A stretch of 47,466 bases of DNA, taken from the NCBI GenBank assembly GCA_050114655.1, contig JASFRZ010000001.1:1-47466 (forward strand), given 5' to 3'. How positions within the stretch are numbered: the first letter of the stretch is position 1; every line of letters begins with the position of its first letter. The DNA is from Acidobacteriota bacterium. GTDB taxonomy: Bacteria > Acidobacteriota > UBA890. Below the pieces are notes generated by a model. It ran no database searches and was not told the DNA's origin. It saw only the letters and a program-made list of their open reading frames with translations. The position numbers were made by a program, and so were the translations under genes. This document shows, one piece after another, positions 8,258-18,004 of this stretch.

Positions 8258-9312
8258 GGTCGCAAGAAGACGCAGCGCACAAGCTGCGCCTACGATACTT
8301 GCTCGAGGGCAGCGGCCTGTTCGGCGGCGTCAAGGTGGTGCTGGCGCAGGCCGAGCTCCTTTCCGCGCGCGGTCACGACGTGTCCATCGTCAGCCGAGAG
8401 CCCGCGCCGGATTGGTACCCGCTACAGACCCGTTTCGTCCACGCCGATCCGCTCACCAACGTCGATCTACCGACGCCGGACGTCACCGTCGCCACTTTCT
8501 GGACCACCATCGAGCCCGCGCTACGGGTCGCCAACGCGACGCTTCACTACTGTCAGGGCTACGAAGGACTTCACACGCACAACCGCGCCGATCACCCGGC
8601 AATCGAGCGTGCCTACGCCCACCACCTGCCGGCCATGGTCGTGACGTCTGCTCTCGGCGGGCTGCTGCGCGAGCGTTTCGGCCGCCCCTCGCGGCTGGTG
8701 CCGCCGACGCTGGAGGATTTCTGGCGACCCTCTTCCGCCTCCTCGCCCGCACGCCCGCCGAGGATTCTCGTCGTCGGCCCGTTCGAAGTCGACTTGAAGG
8801 GTGTAGAGACCGCTCTACGGGCAGTCCTCAGATTGCGCTCCTCCGCTATCGAGTGCGTCCTGGTGCGCCTGTCGCAATGGCCACCCAGCGAGGCCGAGAA
8901 CGCTCTGCTGCCGGCCGATGAGTTTCACCACCACGTGCCGCCACGGCAGGCGGCGGCGATCTTCCGCAGCGCGGACATCCTGCTGGCTCCTTCGCGGGAG
9001 CCGGAAGGCTTCGGGCTTCCGGCGCTCGAGGCGATGGCCAGCGGTGTTCCGGTAGTCGCCTCCGACGTCTCGTGCTTTCGTGACTTCGCCGCACAAGCGG
9101 CTGTGCTGGTCCCGCCCGGCGACGACGTCGCCTTCGCCGAGGCAGCGCGTGAACTGCTCACCGATCGACAGCGCTGGCTCCAGTACCGCGCCGACGGGCT
9201 CGCAACCGCCGCGCGGTATACGGCCGAAAGGCGTGCCGCGGGGGTGGAGGACGCGCTGCATTGGGCCGCCGGAGATGCGTGGCGCGCCGAGTTGTCCGAG
9301 ATCGAAGCGTGA
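8254..9312 (+). CDS. GT4-type (GT-B fold) glycosyltransferase
   Basis: GTG at 8254 overlaps the upstream stop (GTGA). LRYLLEGSGLFGGVKVVLAQAELLSARGHDVSIVS is GT4 N-terminal-like. ADILLAPSREPEGFGLPALEAMASGVPVVASD is the E-x7-E region. The upstream part of ORF 7726-9312 is out-of-frame overlap with the methyltransferase. The exact start is uncertain. Confidence 0.8.
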   Translation: MRSQEDAAHKLRLRYLLEGSGLFGGVKVVLAQAELLSARGHDVSIVSREPAPDWYPLQTRFVHADPLTNVDLPTPDVTVATFWTTIEPALRVANATLHYCQGYEGLHTHNRADHPAIERAYAHHLPAMVVTSALGGLLRERFGRPSRLVPPTLEDFWRPSSASSPARPPRILVVGPFEVDLKGVETALRAVLRLRSSAIECVLVRLSQWPPSEAENALLPADEFHHHVPPRQAAAIFRSADILLAPSREPEGFGLPALEAMASGVPVVASDVSCFRDFAAQAAVLVPPGDDVAFAEAARELLTDRQRWLQYRADGLATAARYTAERRAAGVEDALHWAAGDAWRAELSEIEA

Positions 9313-10010
9313 GACAGGAGAGGGCGGCTCTCGCCTGGCGAAGATGGGGAATCGCGATCGTGCTGTGCGGCTTCGCGCTGATCATCGTGGCCAGCACGGT
9401 AGCCGCCGTCTTCCGTTACCCGTTCTTCATGCCCTACCTGGACTCGACGACGCTGTGGTCCGCATACCTCACGGCGCAAGATAGCGGCGGGCTGTCGGCA
9501 CTGCTTCTGCACGGGATCCGGGCGCCGGAGCAACGTGTGGTTCCTTTGATCTGGATCTTCCTCCTCGACATTTGGCTGGTGCGTGGTCGCGGGACCGTGA
9601 TGATCGTCGGTAACCTGGTGCTCTGCGGCGCGGCGCTGGGCGCGATTCTGTGGTCGCGCAATCGTGACGCCGACCAGGCGGTCCCCGAGAGGGCGGCCTT
9701 CGCCGGCTTGGTTGCCATGCCCGTGTTCTCGGCGATCCACATCGTTGCCGCGCGCCCGGTTTTCGTGGCGCAATACGCAGAGATTGCCGCATGCTTTCTG
9801 GCCTTCGTGGCTGCGGCCTCGGTTGATCGAGGCCTCAACGACGCCGGCGGTCCCTCTATTCCCCAGGGCTCGTCGGTGTCGTCGTCGGCAACAGCGTGGC
9901 GCCGTTCCTGTGGGGCAGCGGGCTTGCCGGTTGGGGAGCAACCCTGGCGCTGGCGACGTTGCGGCGCTGGCCCGCGCGCATCTTCGCCATCCTGTCGGCA
10001 GCCGCGCTGA
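9309..10010 (+). CDS. Polytopic membrane protein, N-terminal segment (probably the 5' part of a frameshifted gene)
   Basis: GTG at 9309 overlaps the GT4 stop (GTGA). Several hydrophobic spans are present (WGIAIVLCGFALIIVASTVAAVF, VVPLIWIFLLDIWLV, IVGNLVLCGAALGAILW, FAGLVAMPVFSAIHIVAA, IAACFLAFVAAA). After ~9850 the frame turns into Arg/Ser-rich non-membrane sequence. Confidence 0.55.
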   Translation: MRQERAALAWRRWGIAIVLCGFALIIVASTVAAVFRYPFFMPYLDSTTLWSAYLTAQDSGGLSALLLHGIRAPEQRVVPLIWIFLLDIWLVRGRGTVMIVGNLVLCGAALGAILWSRNRDADQAVPERAAFAGLVAMPVFSAIHIVAARPVFVAQYAEIAACFLAFVAAASVDRGLNDAGGPSIPQGSSVSSSATAWRRSCGAAGLPVGEQPWRWRRCGAGPRASSPSCRQPR

Positions 10011-11164
10011 CCACCGTCGCGATGTTCTGGCTCGCCTCTCCCTCCGCCATCTCCACCGGCGGCGATCGCCTTGCCTCTACGGAGACGGCAACGCTCGCAT
10101 TGCACCTGCTCAACTATCTCGCCAACCCGCTCGCAATGGTGCTGTCGAGCTTTTTCGTAGAGGCGACCGCACGGACCCTAGCGCGGCTCCTGACCGCGGT
10201 GGCACTCATCGTCTTCGGCGTGTGGCTCGTCGACTGGGTGCGGCGACCGGGCAAATCCCGGTCTGGCTTCGAGATCACCGCGCTACAGATCGTGGTGTTC
10301 TGCATCGGCGTCGGCATGCTCACCACTCTGGCCCGTGGCCACCTGGGCCCGGAGCAGGCCTTCTCGCCGCGCTACAGCTTTCGGACAGCATGGGCATGGG
10401 CGATCTTCTCGGGGCTGTGCTCCGGCACGGCGCAGCCCACGAGGCGCTTCGTTCAAACCGCGATCATCGGGGCGTTGATGATCGCTCTGCTGGGGCCGGC
10501 TCAGGCAACCGGGATCGTCAATCTGCGCGGCGCCGCCGAGCACCTACGCCCCGCGTATCTGGCGCTGCTGACGGGTGTGAACGACCGGCCGATGCTCGAG
10601 CGGATCTTCTCGCCGTCGCCGGTGCTCGTCGACTTGGCCGGTCGGCTGCGCCATGAGCGCCTGGCCATCTTCTCGACCGCGCCGGCCGGGTGGCTCGATC
10701 GCCCGCTGGAAGAGATCTTCACCGTACAGGTCCCGCCCCTCGCTGCTCGATGGCGGGTACTGGCCGTCCCCACCGACCCCTCGGGCGCAACGCTCGAGGT
10801 AGAAGGGCGCATCGAAGCGCTGCGCGCCCGATGGATCGTGGTGGTATCGCCTGACGGCGTCGTTCGCGGGCTCGGAAGCGAGAGGCAGAGGGACGAGGCC
10901 GACGCTATGTGGGTCCGCTGGATCACTTACGTGGCGGCGCCGCCACCACTCGACGGATACCGCATCTACGCGGTGGATCAGGAGGTGGGCATTGCTCGGG
11001 AGATGATGCAAGGTGTATCCGTCGGAACCGGCGACTGGCAACAGCGCAGGGAGACCCTTACTATCCGACCTAGCGAAACCGTGGAGCTTACGCCGGGCCC
11101 GTCACCGGACGCCTCGAGGAACCAGCGGATGGAGGCGCGTCGTCGCGCAGTGGACAGTCGATGA
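9896..11164 (+). CDS. Polytopic membrane protein, C-terminal segment with ~170 aa soluble C-terminal domain
   Basis: This frame is open from 9827 and already reads membrane-like sequence (LVGVVVGNSVAPFLWGSGLAGWGATLALATL). More TM spans follow (IFAILSAAALTTVAMFWL, LLTAVALIVFGVWLV, ITALQIVVFCIGVGMLTTL, AIIGALMIALLG), then a soluble tail. The stop overlaps the next start (ATGA). Confidence 0.65.
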   Translation: MAPFLWGSGLAGWGATLALATLRRWPARIFAILSAAALTTVAMFWLASPSAISTGGDRLASTETATLALHLLNYLANPLAMVLSSFFVEATARTLARLLTAVALIVFGVWLVDWVRRPGKSRSGFEITALQIVVFCIGVGMLTTLARGHLGPEQAFSPRYSFRTAWAWAIFSGLCSGTAQPTRRFVQTAIIGALMIALLGPAQATGIVNLRGAAEHLRPAYLALLTGVNDRPMLERIFSPSPVLVDLAGRLRHERLAIFSTAPAGWLDRPLEEIFTVQVPPLAARWRVLAVPTDPSGATLEVEGRIEALRARWIVVVSPDGVVRGLGSERQRDEADAMWVRWITYVAAPPPLDGYRIYAVDQEVGIAREMMQGVSVGTGDWQQRRETLTIRPSETVELTPGPSPDASRNQRMEARRRAVDSR

Positions 11165-12195
11165 CAACGGACGGGACGACCCGGGCGAGCCCCGTTGGGG
11201 ATGATCAGCCGGGGATTCGCACGGACACGACCCGCCCGGTCGACCTCTCGATCTGCGTTCCTTACTACGGCGAGATCGAATATCTCCGCCACTGCCTGGC
11301 GTCTTTGCCGCAGCGGCCGTCTGGTTTCAGCGCCGAGATCATCGTCGTCGACGACGCCTCCCCGGAGCCCTGCGCCGCGCTCATTCGGGACGAGTTCCCG
11401 CACGTTCGACTGATCGAGAACAGCGAGAACCTCGGCTTCGCGGGCGCGGTGAATCGCGCCGCTCGCGCCTCGTCGGGACGGTATCTTCTTGTGCTCAACG
11501 CCGACACGAAGGTGCTTGACGGCGTGCCGGAAGCCGTCACCTACCTCGACGACAACCCGGACGTGGGCGCGGTCGGTCCCCGCTTGCTCAACCCCGACGG
11601 CAGCTTTCAGCCACAGTGCCGCCGCGGGCGACTCACACTCGCTTCGGCCTTCGGCTATGCCTGCGGGCTGGACCGACGATTTCCCCGTACCAGGCTCGGC
11701 GAGTATCTCGAACCGTGGCGCCCGGAGGGTGACGAACAGGACGTTGCGGCGCTCTCCGGTGCGTGCATGATGGTGCGTCGCGACGCATTCGAGATCATGG
11801 GAGGCCTGTGCGAGGACTTCATCATGTACGGCGAGGACCTCGATTTCTGCTACCGACTGGGCGACGCCGGCTGGCGCGTGGTGTACTTGCCGCGGGCCAA
11901 CGTGATCCACGCCGGCGGCCGCGGCGGCTCGTTGCGGCGCTACTATCGCTCTCGGCTGTTGTTCTGTCGCGGCGTTTGGCTGGTAATGCAGCGACATCGA
12001 TCAACGCGGGCGTTCGCCGCCTACGGTTGGCTGCTGGGCATCGCCCTCTCGCTCGGCTTCCTCGGTTCCTGCGTTCTGCGACCGATTCGTTTCCGGCAGG
12101 TCGGAAGCCGCAAGCCGGCGGCCGACCTGGCGCCGGAGCGCTGGCCCAGCGTGGCGCCCGCGCTGTCCTCACGTTCCGGCCGGGTCGAGTCCTGA
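11161..12195 (+). CDS. GT2 family glycosyltransferase
   Basis: LSICVPYYGEIEYLRHCLASL...EIIVVDDASPE...NLGFAGAVNRAA...LLVLNADT...VGAVGPRLLNPDGSFQ. This is a GT-A fold with a DXD-like motif (rhamnosyltransferase-like layout). Confidence 0.88.
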   Translation: MTTDGTTRASPVGDDQPGIRTDTTRPVDLSICVPYYGEIEYLRHCLASLPQRPSGFSAEIIVVDDASPEPCAALIRDEFPHVRLIENSENLGFAGAVNRAARASSGRYLLVLNADTKVLDGVPEAVTYLDDNPDVGAVGPRLLNPDGSFQPQCRRGRLTLASAFGYACGLDRRFPRTRLGEYLEPWRPEGDEQDVAALSGACMMVRRDAFEIMGGLCEDFIMYGEDLDFCYRLGDAGWRVVYLPRANVIHAGGRGGSLRRYYRSRLLFCRGVWLVMQRHRSTRAFAAYGWLLGIALSLGFLGSCVLRPIRFRQVGSRKPAADLAPERWPSVAPALSSRSGRVES

Positions 12196-13125
12196 AGGCA
12201 GCACCGTGCCATTCGAGCCCACTTCCTGAAGTGCGGCGATGCATCCGCGCCGGTAGTGCGCGTTGCTCAGGTAGCGCCACAGCCAGGGTGTCGTCACCGA
12301 ACGATGCTCGAACGTCCTGGCAATGCGCTCGAGCAAGGCGAGGCATGAAGTTGACGGCGGTCGCGGCGCACCTTTCTCAGGTAGTCCCAGGAACGGAGCC
12401 AGCGACGGATGCAGGTGGCGGAAGATGATCGCTGAGCGGCCGACGCGATGCTGCCGGCGAAGGAACAGGCTGATATCCATGTGGTGGTCGTGCCATACGA
12501 GGGCGCTCGGCTCATAAACCAGGCGCAGCCCAGCACCCGTCAATCGATAGCCGAGCTCGACATCCTCCCAAGCGGCGTCCGGAAAACGCGGATCGAAGCG
12601 CTGGCGCTCGAGCCATTTCCTGTGCAGCGTGAGGTTCGAAGAGTAGAAGAAGTTGAACGGGACATCGTGCGGATCGTCGATGAGCGCGAAGCCGAACTGT
12701 AGTCCTTGCTCGTTGATGTAATCCAGAAAGCATGTCGTGCGCAGTCGTGGATGCCAGCTCGTTCTGCCGATGACCGCCACCCCGGAATCGCCCTCGCGAA
12801 GGTGACGCGACCGGTGTCCTTCTAGCCACCCGGGCGCGGGCGGCGTGTCGCTCCCGAGGAACGCGATCCACTCGCCTTCGCAGCGCTCGAAACCGGCGTT
12901 GCGCGCCTGCGCGGGCCCAACACAGGGAAGTGACACCACGCGCATCGGGCGGCGGCACGTGCGGCTTGTCAGCATCGACGTGGTCTCGTCGGCAGAGCCG
13001 TCGTCGACCACGATGATCTCGAACTCGGGCGCGCCCCTTTGCTTCTCCAGCGCATCGAGCGTTCGCGACAACACACCTGCACGGTCGCGCGTGGGAATCA
13101 CGACGGAAAAGACCGGCGCGCTCAC
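12169..13125 (-). CDS. GT2 family glycosyltransferase
   Basis: GTG start overlaps the upstream stop (GTGA). FSVVIPTRDRAGVLSRTLDALEKQ...FEIIVVDDGSADET...GPAQARNAGF...IAFLGSDT. The 3' end overlaps the convergent GT2 by 27 nt. Confidence 0.88.
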   Translation of the reverse strand: MSAPVFSVVIPTRDRAGVLSRTLDALEKQRGAPEFEIIVVDDGSADETTSMLTSRTCRRPMRVVSLPCVGPAQARNAGFERCEGEWIAFLGSDTPPAPGWLEGHRSRHLREGDSGVAVIGRTSWHPRLRTTCFLDYINEQGLQFGFALIDDPHDVPFNFFYSSNLTLHRKWLERQRFDPRFPDAAWEDVELGYRLTGAGLRLVYEPSALVWHDHHMDISLFLRRQHRVGRSAIIFRHLHPSLAPFLGLPEKGAPRPPSTSCLALLERIARTFEHRSVTTPWLWRYLSNAHYRRGCIAALQEVGSNGTVLPSGLDPAGT

Positions 13126-14363
13126 GGCAGCTCCATGACCTGCGTCAGGTCGCGATGCTCGAAGGGAACATCCGACGGCAACAGATCCCGGAATGCGCGA
13201 CTGGCGAAGAGCGCCTTGTCGCCCGGATAGGTCGGCACGATGTAGAGTGGAAAGCGATCAAAAAGCTCCCGGTCACTGACTTCACGCCGCGACTGCACTT
13301 CCTCGCGTCGCGCTGCGAAATCGTTCAGGCAACGCGTGATGTGCGACAGCGCGCGCAGCTGTGCTTCCGCCTGGACCCCTACCCTCACGCGACGATCGAG
13401 GCCGATGGCGGAGAGAAAACGCCGTAGCGCTCGCTGCATCGCCGGCGCATGAATCGGAACGTCGGCGACGGCGTCCTGCAACAACCAGTGACCCGCGCCG
13501 GCGCCGTCTGCCAGGCTCTCGAGAAGACGCGACATCAGCGTCATGAGGATCGCCGGCAGCACGCGCGGCCACAGCTCAGCGTCGTAATTCTTGTAGGCCG
13601 TCATGAACGCGTTGCGCTCGAAAAGGAAGCCCCTCGGGGCGTTGCCGAGGCGGTCACCGGTGGCGCCGCTGCGATGGCGCACGACGGCTTCGGAAGCGAA
13701 GAGAATCCTTCGGCCCGCCGACCAGGCACGCCAGCCGAAGTCGACGTCCTCCAGATAGGCGAAATAGTCGGCGTCGAAACCACCCAGGCGCTGGAACTCC
13801 CGGCGTCGCACGATCATGTTGCAGCCGGTGGCGAACAGGAGCTCGCTGCCGTCAGCGGGAGCCCGGACCTGGTGCAGCGGGCGGCGGAAGTCGCTCTGGA
13901 AGGCGTGCCCGTCGAAGGTCATGATGCCGCCGGCGAAGTCGAGGTGCTCAGCGGTCCAATCGACGACCTTGCCGGCCACCGCGACGACGTCTGGCGGCGC
14001 CGCAGCGAGCGCGTCGACGAGGGCATCAAGCCATTGTGCTGAGGGACGTGTGTCGTTGTTCAAAAGCGCCACCGCGTCGGCATCCGACATCTCCACCAGG
14101 CGGTTGCAGGCGGCCGCAAAGCCGAGATTGCGGCCGGCGCGATGCACCCGCACGCCGGGATGCTCTCGCTCGAGCCATCCCGGGGTGCCGTCGGTGGATG
14201 CATTGTCGAGGATGGCGATCTCCCATTGCACATGCGGATCTCGCTGATCCGCCAGGGCGCGCACGCAGGTTTCGAGGTGGCTGCGCCCGTTCCAGCTCGG
14301 GATCGCGACGGTCACCGTGCGGATCGGGGTATGACCGGCGGAATCGTCATTCGCTCCGCTCAT
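13122..14363 (-). CDS. GT2 family glycosyltransferase
   Basis: VTVAIPSWNGRSHLETCVRAL...EIAILDNASTDGT...NLGFAAACNRL...VALLNNDT...VVAVAGKVVDW. ATGA overlap with the upstream gene. Confidence 0.88.
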   Translation of the reverse strand: MSGANDDSAGHTPIRTVTVAIPSWNGRSHLETCVRALADQRDPHVQWEIAILDNASTDGTPGWLEREHPGVRVHRAGRNLGFAAACNRLVEMSDADAVALLNNDTRPSAQWLDALVDALAAAPPDVVAVAGKVVDWTAEHLDFAGGIMTFDGHAFQSDFRRPLHQVRAPADGSELLFATGCNMIVRRREFQRLGGFDADYFAYLEDVDFGWRAWSAGRRILFASEAVVRHRSGATGDRLGNAPRGFLFERNAFMTAYKNYDAELWPRVLPAILMTLMSRLLESLADGAGAGHWLLQDAVADVPIHAPAMQRALRRFLSAIGLDRRVRVGVQAEAQLRALSHITRCLNDFAARREEVQSRREVSDRELFDRFPLYIVPTYPGDKALFASRAFRDLLPSDVPFEHRDLTQVMELP

Positions 14364-15616
14364 CGCTCTCGCCCCGGCCGTATTGCTGAACGGACGTCAC
14401 GCAAGACAGTGCGTACGCGCTCGCCGATGGCACCGGCCCGCACCGCCTGACGTGTCGGATGGCGCCATGGGTCGCGACAGAAACGCGCCAACGGCTCGAG
14501 CACGCGCGGCCAGCTCATCTCCTCGATCAGCCGCTCGGAGCCACCCTTCGGCGCGACCGTTTCCTCGCCTGTCTCCAGCACGATGCGCAACGCCCGCGAC
14601 AGCGCCGAAGCGTCGCCCGGTGGCACGGTCACGCCGACCCCGTAGCGCCGCAGCAGCTCCGCGGTCTCGCCCCCCTCGCTCACGATCACCGGGCACCCCG
14701 CAGCGACGGCATCCAGCACGCGGGTGCGCAAGGAGAGCCAGGTCTCCAGACCGTCGCGATGGCTCACGACGAGGGCGTCGACGTCGCGGAACAGATCGAA
14801 CCGGCGATCGGCTGCGACCCAGTCGACGGCGCGCACACGCTCGCCCCACCAGCCCCGCCGGCGGCACCAGGACTCGACCTCGCTGCGGAGGCGCTGCGGG
14901 GTGGTATCGGGGTTCGGATTGTCGACCAGGATCAACGTCCAGGACGGCTTGTCGACTTGCTCCAGAGCGCGCAACAGCGGCCACGGGTCCAGCCAGTCGT
15001 ACAGTCCGCCGAACAGGATCCGTCGCTCCCCGGCGCTGCGCGAAGGCATGAGCGGACGGTGTCCGGGCAGCTCTTCGGGGACCCCGAAGGGCACCACTCC
15101 GATGAGTGTCTCCAGCGCCGGTTCCGCGGCAAGCATCTGCGGCGACAACCGCCCCACGGCTGTCAGCCAGCCGAGGTAGAAGCAGCGCTGCCGCTGCGAG
15201 GAACAGAGAAAGTAGTCACCGCGCGCAAGCTGAAGCGACCAGCTCGCATGGTCGCGCCGGTACGGGCCCGTTCCGAGCACCTCGTAGTAGTGGAGATTCT
15301 CGATCAGCCAGGGATCATAGAGATCGATCGCCATGGGCAACTCACCCGCCTGTCGCGCCACCCGGTCGCCGAGTCCCCCCTGCACGACGACCGCGTCGCA
15401 ATCGGCAAGGTCCCGCTGCAAGGACCGCTCCCGGAACGGAAGCACCGTGATGCCGTCTTGCGGTAACCGGGGAACGTCGGCGGGATTCCCGGCGGTGACC
15501 AGAACGACCTCCACGCCGAACGACGGCAGCCGGCGGGCGAACTCCAGGTAGCGCACACCGATTCCCGCCATGCGCTCGCGAATCGGCTCGCTGCAGATCA
15601 GGGCGACTCGCTTCAT
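14360..15616 (-). CDS. GT-B fold glycosyltransferase (GT4/GT1-like)
   Basis: Internal ATG at 15616 of ORF 14360-15994 (MKRVALICSEPIRERMAGIGVRYLEFARRLPSFGVEVVLVT...). The C-terminal half reads RRILFGGLYDWLDP...VDALVVSHRDGLETWLSLRTRVLDAVAAGCPVIVSEGGE. Confidence 0.75.
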   Translation of the reverse strand: MKRVALICSEPIRERMAGIGVRYLEFARRLPSFGVEVVLVTAGNPADVPRLPQDGITVLPFRERSLQRDLADCDAVVVQGGLGDRVARQAGELPMAIDLYDPWLIENLHYYEVLGTGPYRRDHASWSLQLARGDYFLCSSQRQRCFYLGWLTAVGRLSPQMLAAEPALETLIGVVPFGVPEELPGHRPLMPSRSAGERRILFGGLYDWLDPWPLLRALEQVDKPSWTLILVDNPNPDTTPQRLRSEVESWCRRRGWWGERVRAVDWVAADRRFDLFRDVDALVVSHRDGLETWLSLRTRVLDAVAAGCPVIVSEGGETAELLRRYGVGVTVPPGDASALSRALRIVLETGEETVAPKGGSERLIEEMSWPRVLEPLARFCRDPWRHPTRQAVRAGAIGERVRTVLRDVRSAIRPGRER

Positions 15617-15802
15617 CGGTGCGAGGTCTCTTCTCCGGCGGTGGCGGAAGCACCCCCGCTGCACGGGCCGCGCGGCGCGCGCCGAGCCACTGCGAGAGGG
15701 CACGAGCGGCGGTGTATCCGCCGGATTCAGGCTCGATGTGGCGCTCGAGAGCAGACGATACCATTGCCGCAGCCGAAGGTGGCTCCGACGTGAGAGTGGC
15801 CC

Positions 15803-16801
15803 ATGACGCCCGACCTGACGGTGATCATCATCAACCACAACACGCGGGAGGACCTTCTCGCCTGCGTCGACTCGCTTCCGGCCGCAGCCGCATCGCTTCG
15901 CCTGCAGGTCATCGTGGTCGACAACGCATCGATCGACGGCTCGGTCGCGGCCGTCGAAAGGCGCTTCCCGACGGTCCGGGTGCTTGCTCTGCAAACCAAC
16001 AGCGGCTTCGCGCGCGGTTGCAACCTCGGCATCGCCGAGGCGCGTGCCCCGTTCGTAGCGGTGTTGAATGCCGACATCGTCTGTGACCCCGGAGCCCTTC
16101 AGGCCATGGTCCGCTTCCTGCGCGGCGCACCGCGCGCCGCCGCGGTAGGGCCGTTGCTGTGCAACAGCGACGGCTCCCTGCAGACCTCCGCCTACCGCTT
16201 CCCCACGCTGCCGGTCGAGATCGCCGGCATCTTCGGCGTGCGCCGGATGCTGCCGCTGAGCGCATTGCGGCGGTCACGTTTGCGCAAGCTGCTGCCGGAC
16301 ACCGGGCACTTCGACCCGCACGACCGCGCGCGGCCGGTCGACTACGTCACCGGCGCGATGATCGCCTTGCGCCGCGAGGCCGTCGAGGCCGTACGGGGAT
16401 TCGACGAAAACTTCTTCATGTACTACGAAGAGATCGACCTCTGCCGGCGGCTCTGTACGGCCGGCTGGCAGGTATTCCACCTCCCCGAGGCATCGGCGAC
16501 CCACCATCTCAACCGCTCGGGGACGCAGCGCCCGAGGTTGACGTTTCTCGCCCGCCAGCAGAGCCGGCTGCGCTATCACGCCAAGCACCGGGGGCGCCTC
16601 GCGTCCGGGATCCTGCGGGCGGTGCTCGCCACCAAGGTCGCCGGCACCGCCCTGCGCCTCCGCCTGTCGTCGCCGGCGCGATCCGGCACGGATGTCGATG
16701 CCGACTGCTGCCTGCAGGTTCTTCGATGGTGCTGCGATCCACGGTCCCTTCCCGCCGGCCGGCCACGGGTACAAAACGGGGACGACGAGCGCCCTGACTA
16801 G
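15803..16801 (+). CDS. GT2 family glycosyltransferase
   Basis: LTVIIINHNTREDLLACVDSL...QVIVVDNASIDGS...NSGFARGCNLG...VAVLNADI...AAVGPLLCNSDGSLQ. Its TAG stop shares the tetranucleotide CTAG with the convergent wzt stop. Confidence 0.88.
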   Translation: MTPDLTVIIINHNTREDLLACVDSLPAAAASLRLQVIVVDNASIDGSVAAVERRFPTVRVLALQTNSGFARGCNLGIAEARAPFVAVLNADIVCDPGALQAMVRFLRGAPRAAAVGPLLCNSDGSLQTSAYRFPTLPVEIAGIFGVRRMLPLSALRRSRLRKLLPDTGHFDPHDRARPVDYVTGAMIALRREAVEAVRGFDENFFMYYEEIDLCRRLCTAGWQVFHLPEASATHHLNRSGTQRPRLTFLARQQSRLRYHAKHRGRLASGILRAVLATKVAGTALRLRLSSPARSGTDVDADCCLQVLRWCCDPRSLPAGRPRVQNGDDERPD

Positions 16802-18000
16802 CGCGCCGGCCATTCCCAGCGGTGCGGCGGGTCGATCAATGCCGGCGAGTACACCGGGCTGCTGACGTGGAATGCACGCTGCATCGTGCGGCGATCGTGA
16901 ACGTGCAGACCACGCCCGTCGAGTAGAAACACATGCAGGGTGAACTCCCCCGCCAGCAGCGGCAGCTCGGGAAGCCACATGCGCACCGTGTAACGTCGCG
17001 CGCCGACCAACGGGGCGAGTCCGTCACGATGAGTCGCACAGGCAAACACCTCGCGCCCGTCGGCCGTATCGACCCCGATGCCGAGCTGCAGTTTGACATC
17101 CTCGGCACCGGTCTCACACTCGACCTCCACGCCCCACTGCTGTCCGATCTCGTGCGTCGCGCGCCCTCGCTCTCCCACCTCTCCCGTCAACATGCACACG
17201 CTCGAAATGTGGGCGACGGAGTCGGCGGCTACTTCGATTCCGCGTTGTGGACGCGGCTCTTCGGCGGTCTCCCGGCGCAGGTAGGCTTCGTACTCGGCGG
17301 CAACCTCGGTGGCGCCGCCGCGCGCAGCCACCTCTCCGCCCCGCAACCACAGCGCCTCCTGACAGACCGACGTCACGTAGTAGAGGGCGTGCGAGCAGAA
17401 GACCAACGTACCGCCGGCTTCGAGAAACGCCTCGATGCGATCGAGGCATTTCTGCTGAAAGCGGCCGTCGCCGACCGACAGCGCCTCGTCAACGATCAAT
17501 ACGTCAGGGTTCGACTGCGTCGCGATGGCGAATCCGAGTCGCACCACCATGCCGCTGGAGTACCGTTTGACGGGCTCATCGATGAAGCTGCCAAGGCCGC
17601 TGAAATCGATGATCTGCTCGCTGAGCGACGAGACCTCGCCCGGATCGAGGCCGGCGAGCGCAGCGCTCAGGCGAATGTTCTGCCGTCCTGTGAACTCGGG
17701 ATGGAATCCGGCGCCCAGCCCCAGGATCTCGCCGATGCGGCCCTCGACGCGACACGCACCCGCGGTCGGCCTGGTGATGCCGGCGAGCAACCGCAGCAGG
17801 GTGCTCTTGCCTGCACCGTTCTCACCGACCACACCGAGTGCACCACCGTGCGGAACCTCGAATGTCACGTCCTGCACCGCCGTCACCAGACGCGGCGCCG
17901 CCAGACCGAAGCGCGCTTTCAGCCGATCCATGGGGTTGTGGTACAGGCGAAACGTCTTGGTCAGTCTGTCGGCGCGAATCGCCGGCATCGCTTCTCCCAT
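16798..18000 (-). CDS. wzt: Polysaccharide ABC exporter ATP-binding protein with ~150 aa C-terminal extension (Wzt-like)
   Basis: GENGAGKSTLL (Walker A), YSSGMVVRLGFA (signature), LIVDEALSVGD (Walker B). A long tail (HISSVCMLTGEV...VKLQLGIGVDTADGREVFAC...FTLHVFLLDGRGLHVHD) fits a Wzt_C-type beta-sandwich. An alternative start at 17988 has the better RBS (GGAG). Confidence 0.88.
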   Translation of the reverse strand: MGEAMPAIRADRLTKTFRLYHNPMDRLKARFGLAAPRLVTAVQDVTFEVPHGGALGVVGENGAGKSTLLRLLAGITRPTAGACRVEGRIGEILGLGAGFHPEFTGRQNIRLSAALAGLDPGEVSSLSEQIIDFSGLGSFIDEPVKRYSSGMVVRLGFAIATQSNPDVLIVDEALSVGDGRFQQKCLDRIEAFLEAGGTLVFCSHALYYVTSVCQEALWLRGGEVAARGGATEVAAEYEAYLRRETAEEPRPQRGIEVAADSVAHISSVCMLTGEVGERGRATHEIGQQWGVEVECETGAEDVKLQLGIGVDTADGREVFACATHRDGLAPLVGARRYTVRMWLPELPLLAGEFTLHVFLLDGRGLHVHDRRTMQRAFHVSSPVYSPALIDPPHRWEWPAR

Positions 18001-18004
18001 ACGA

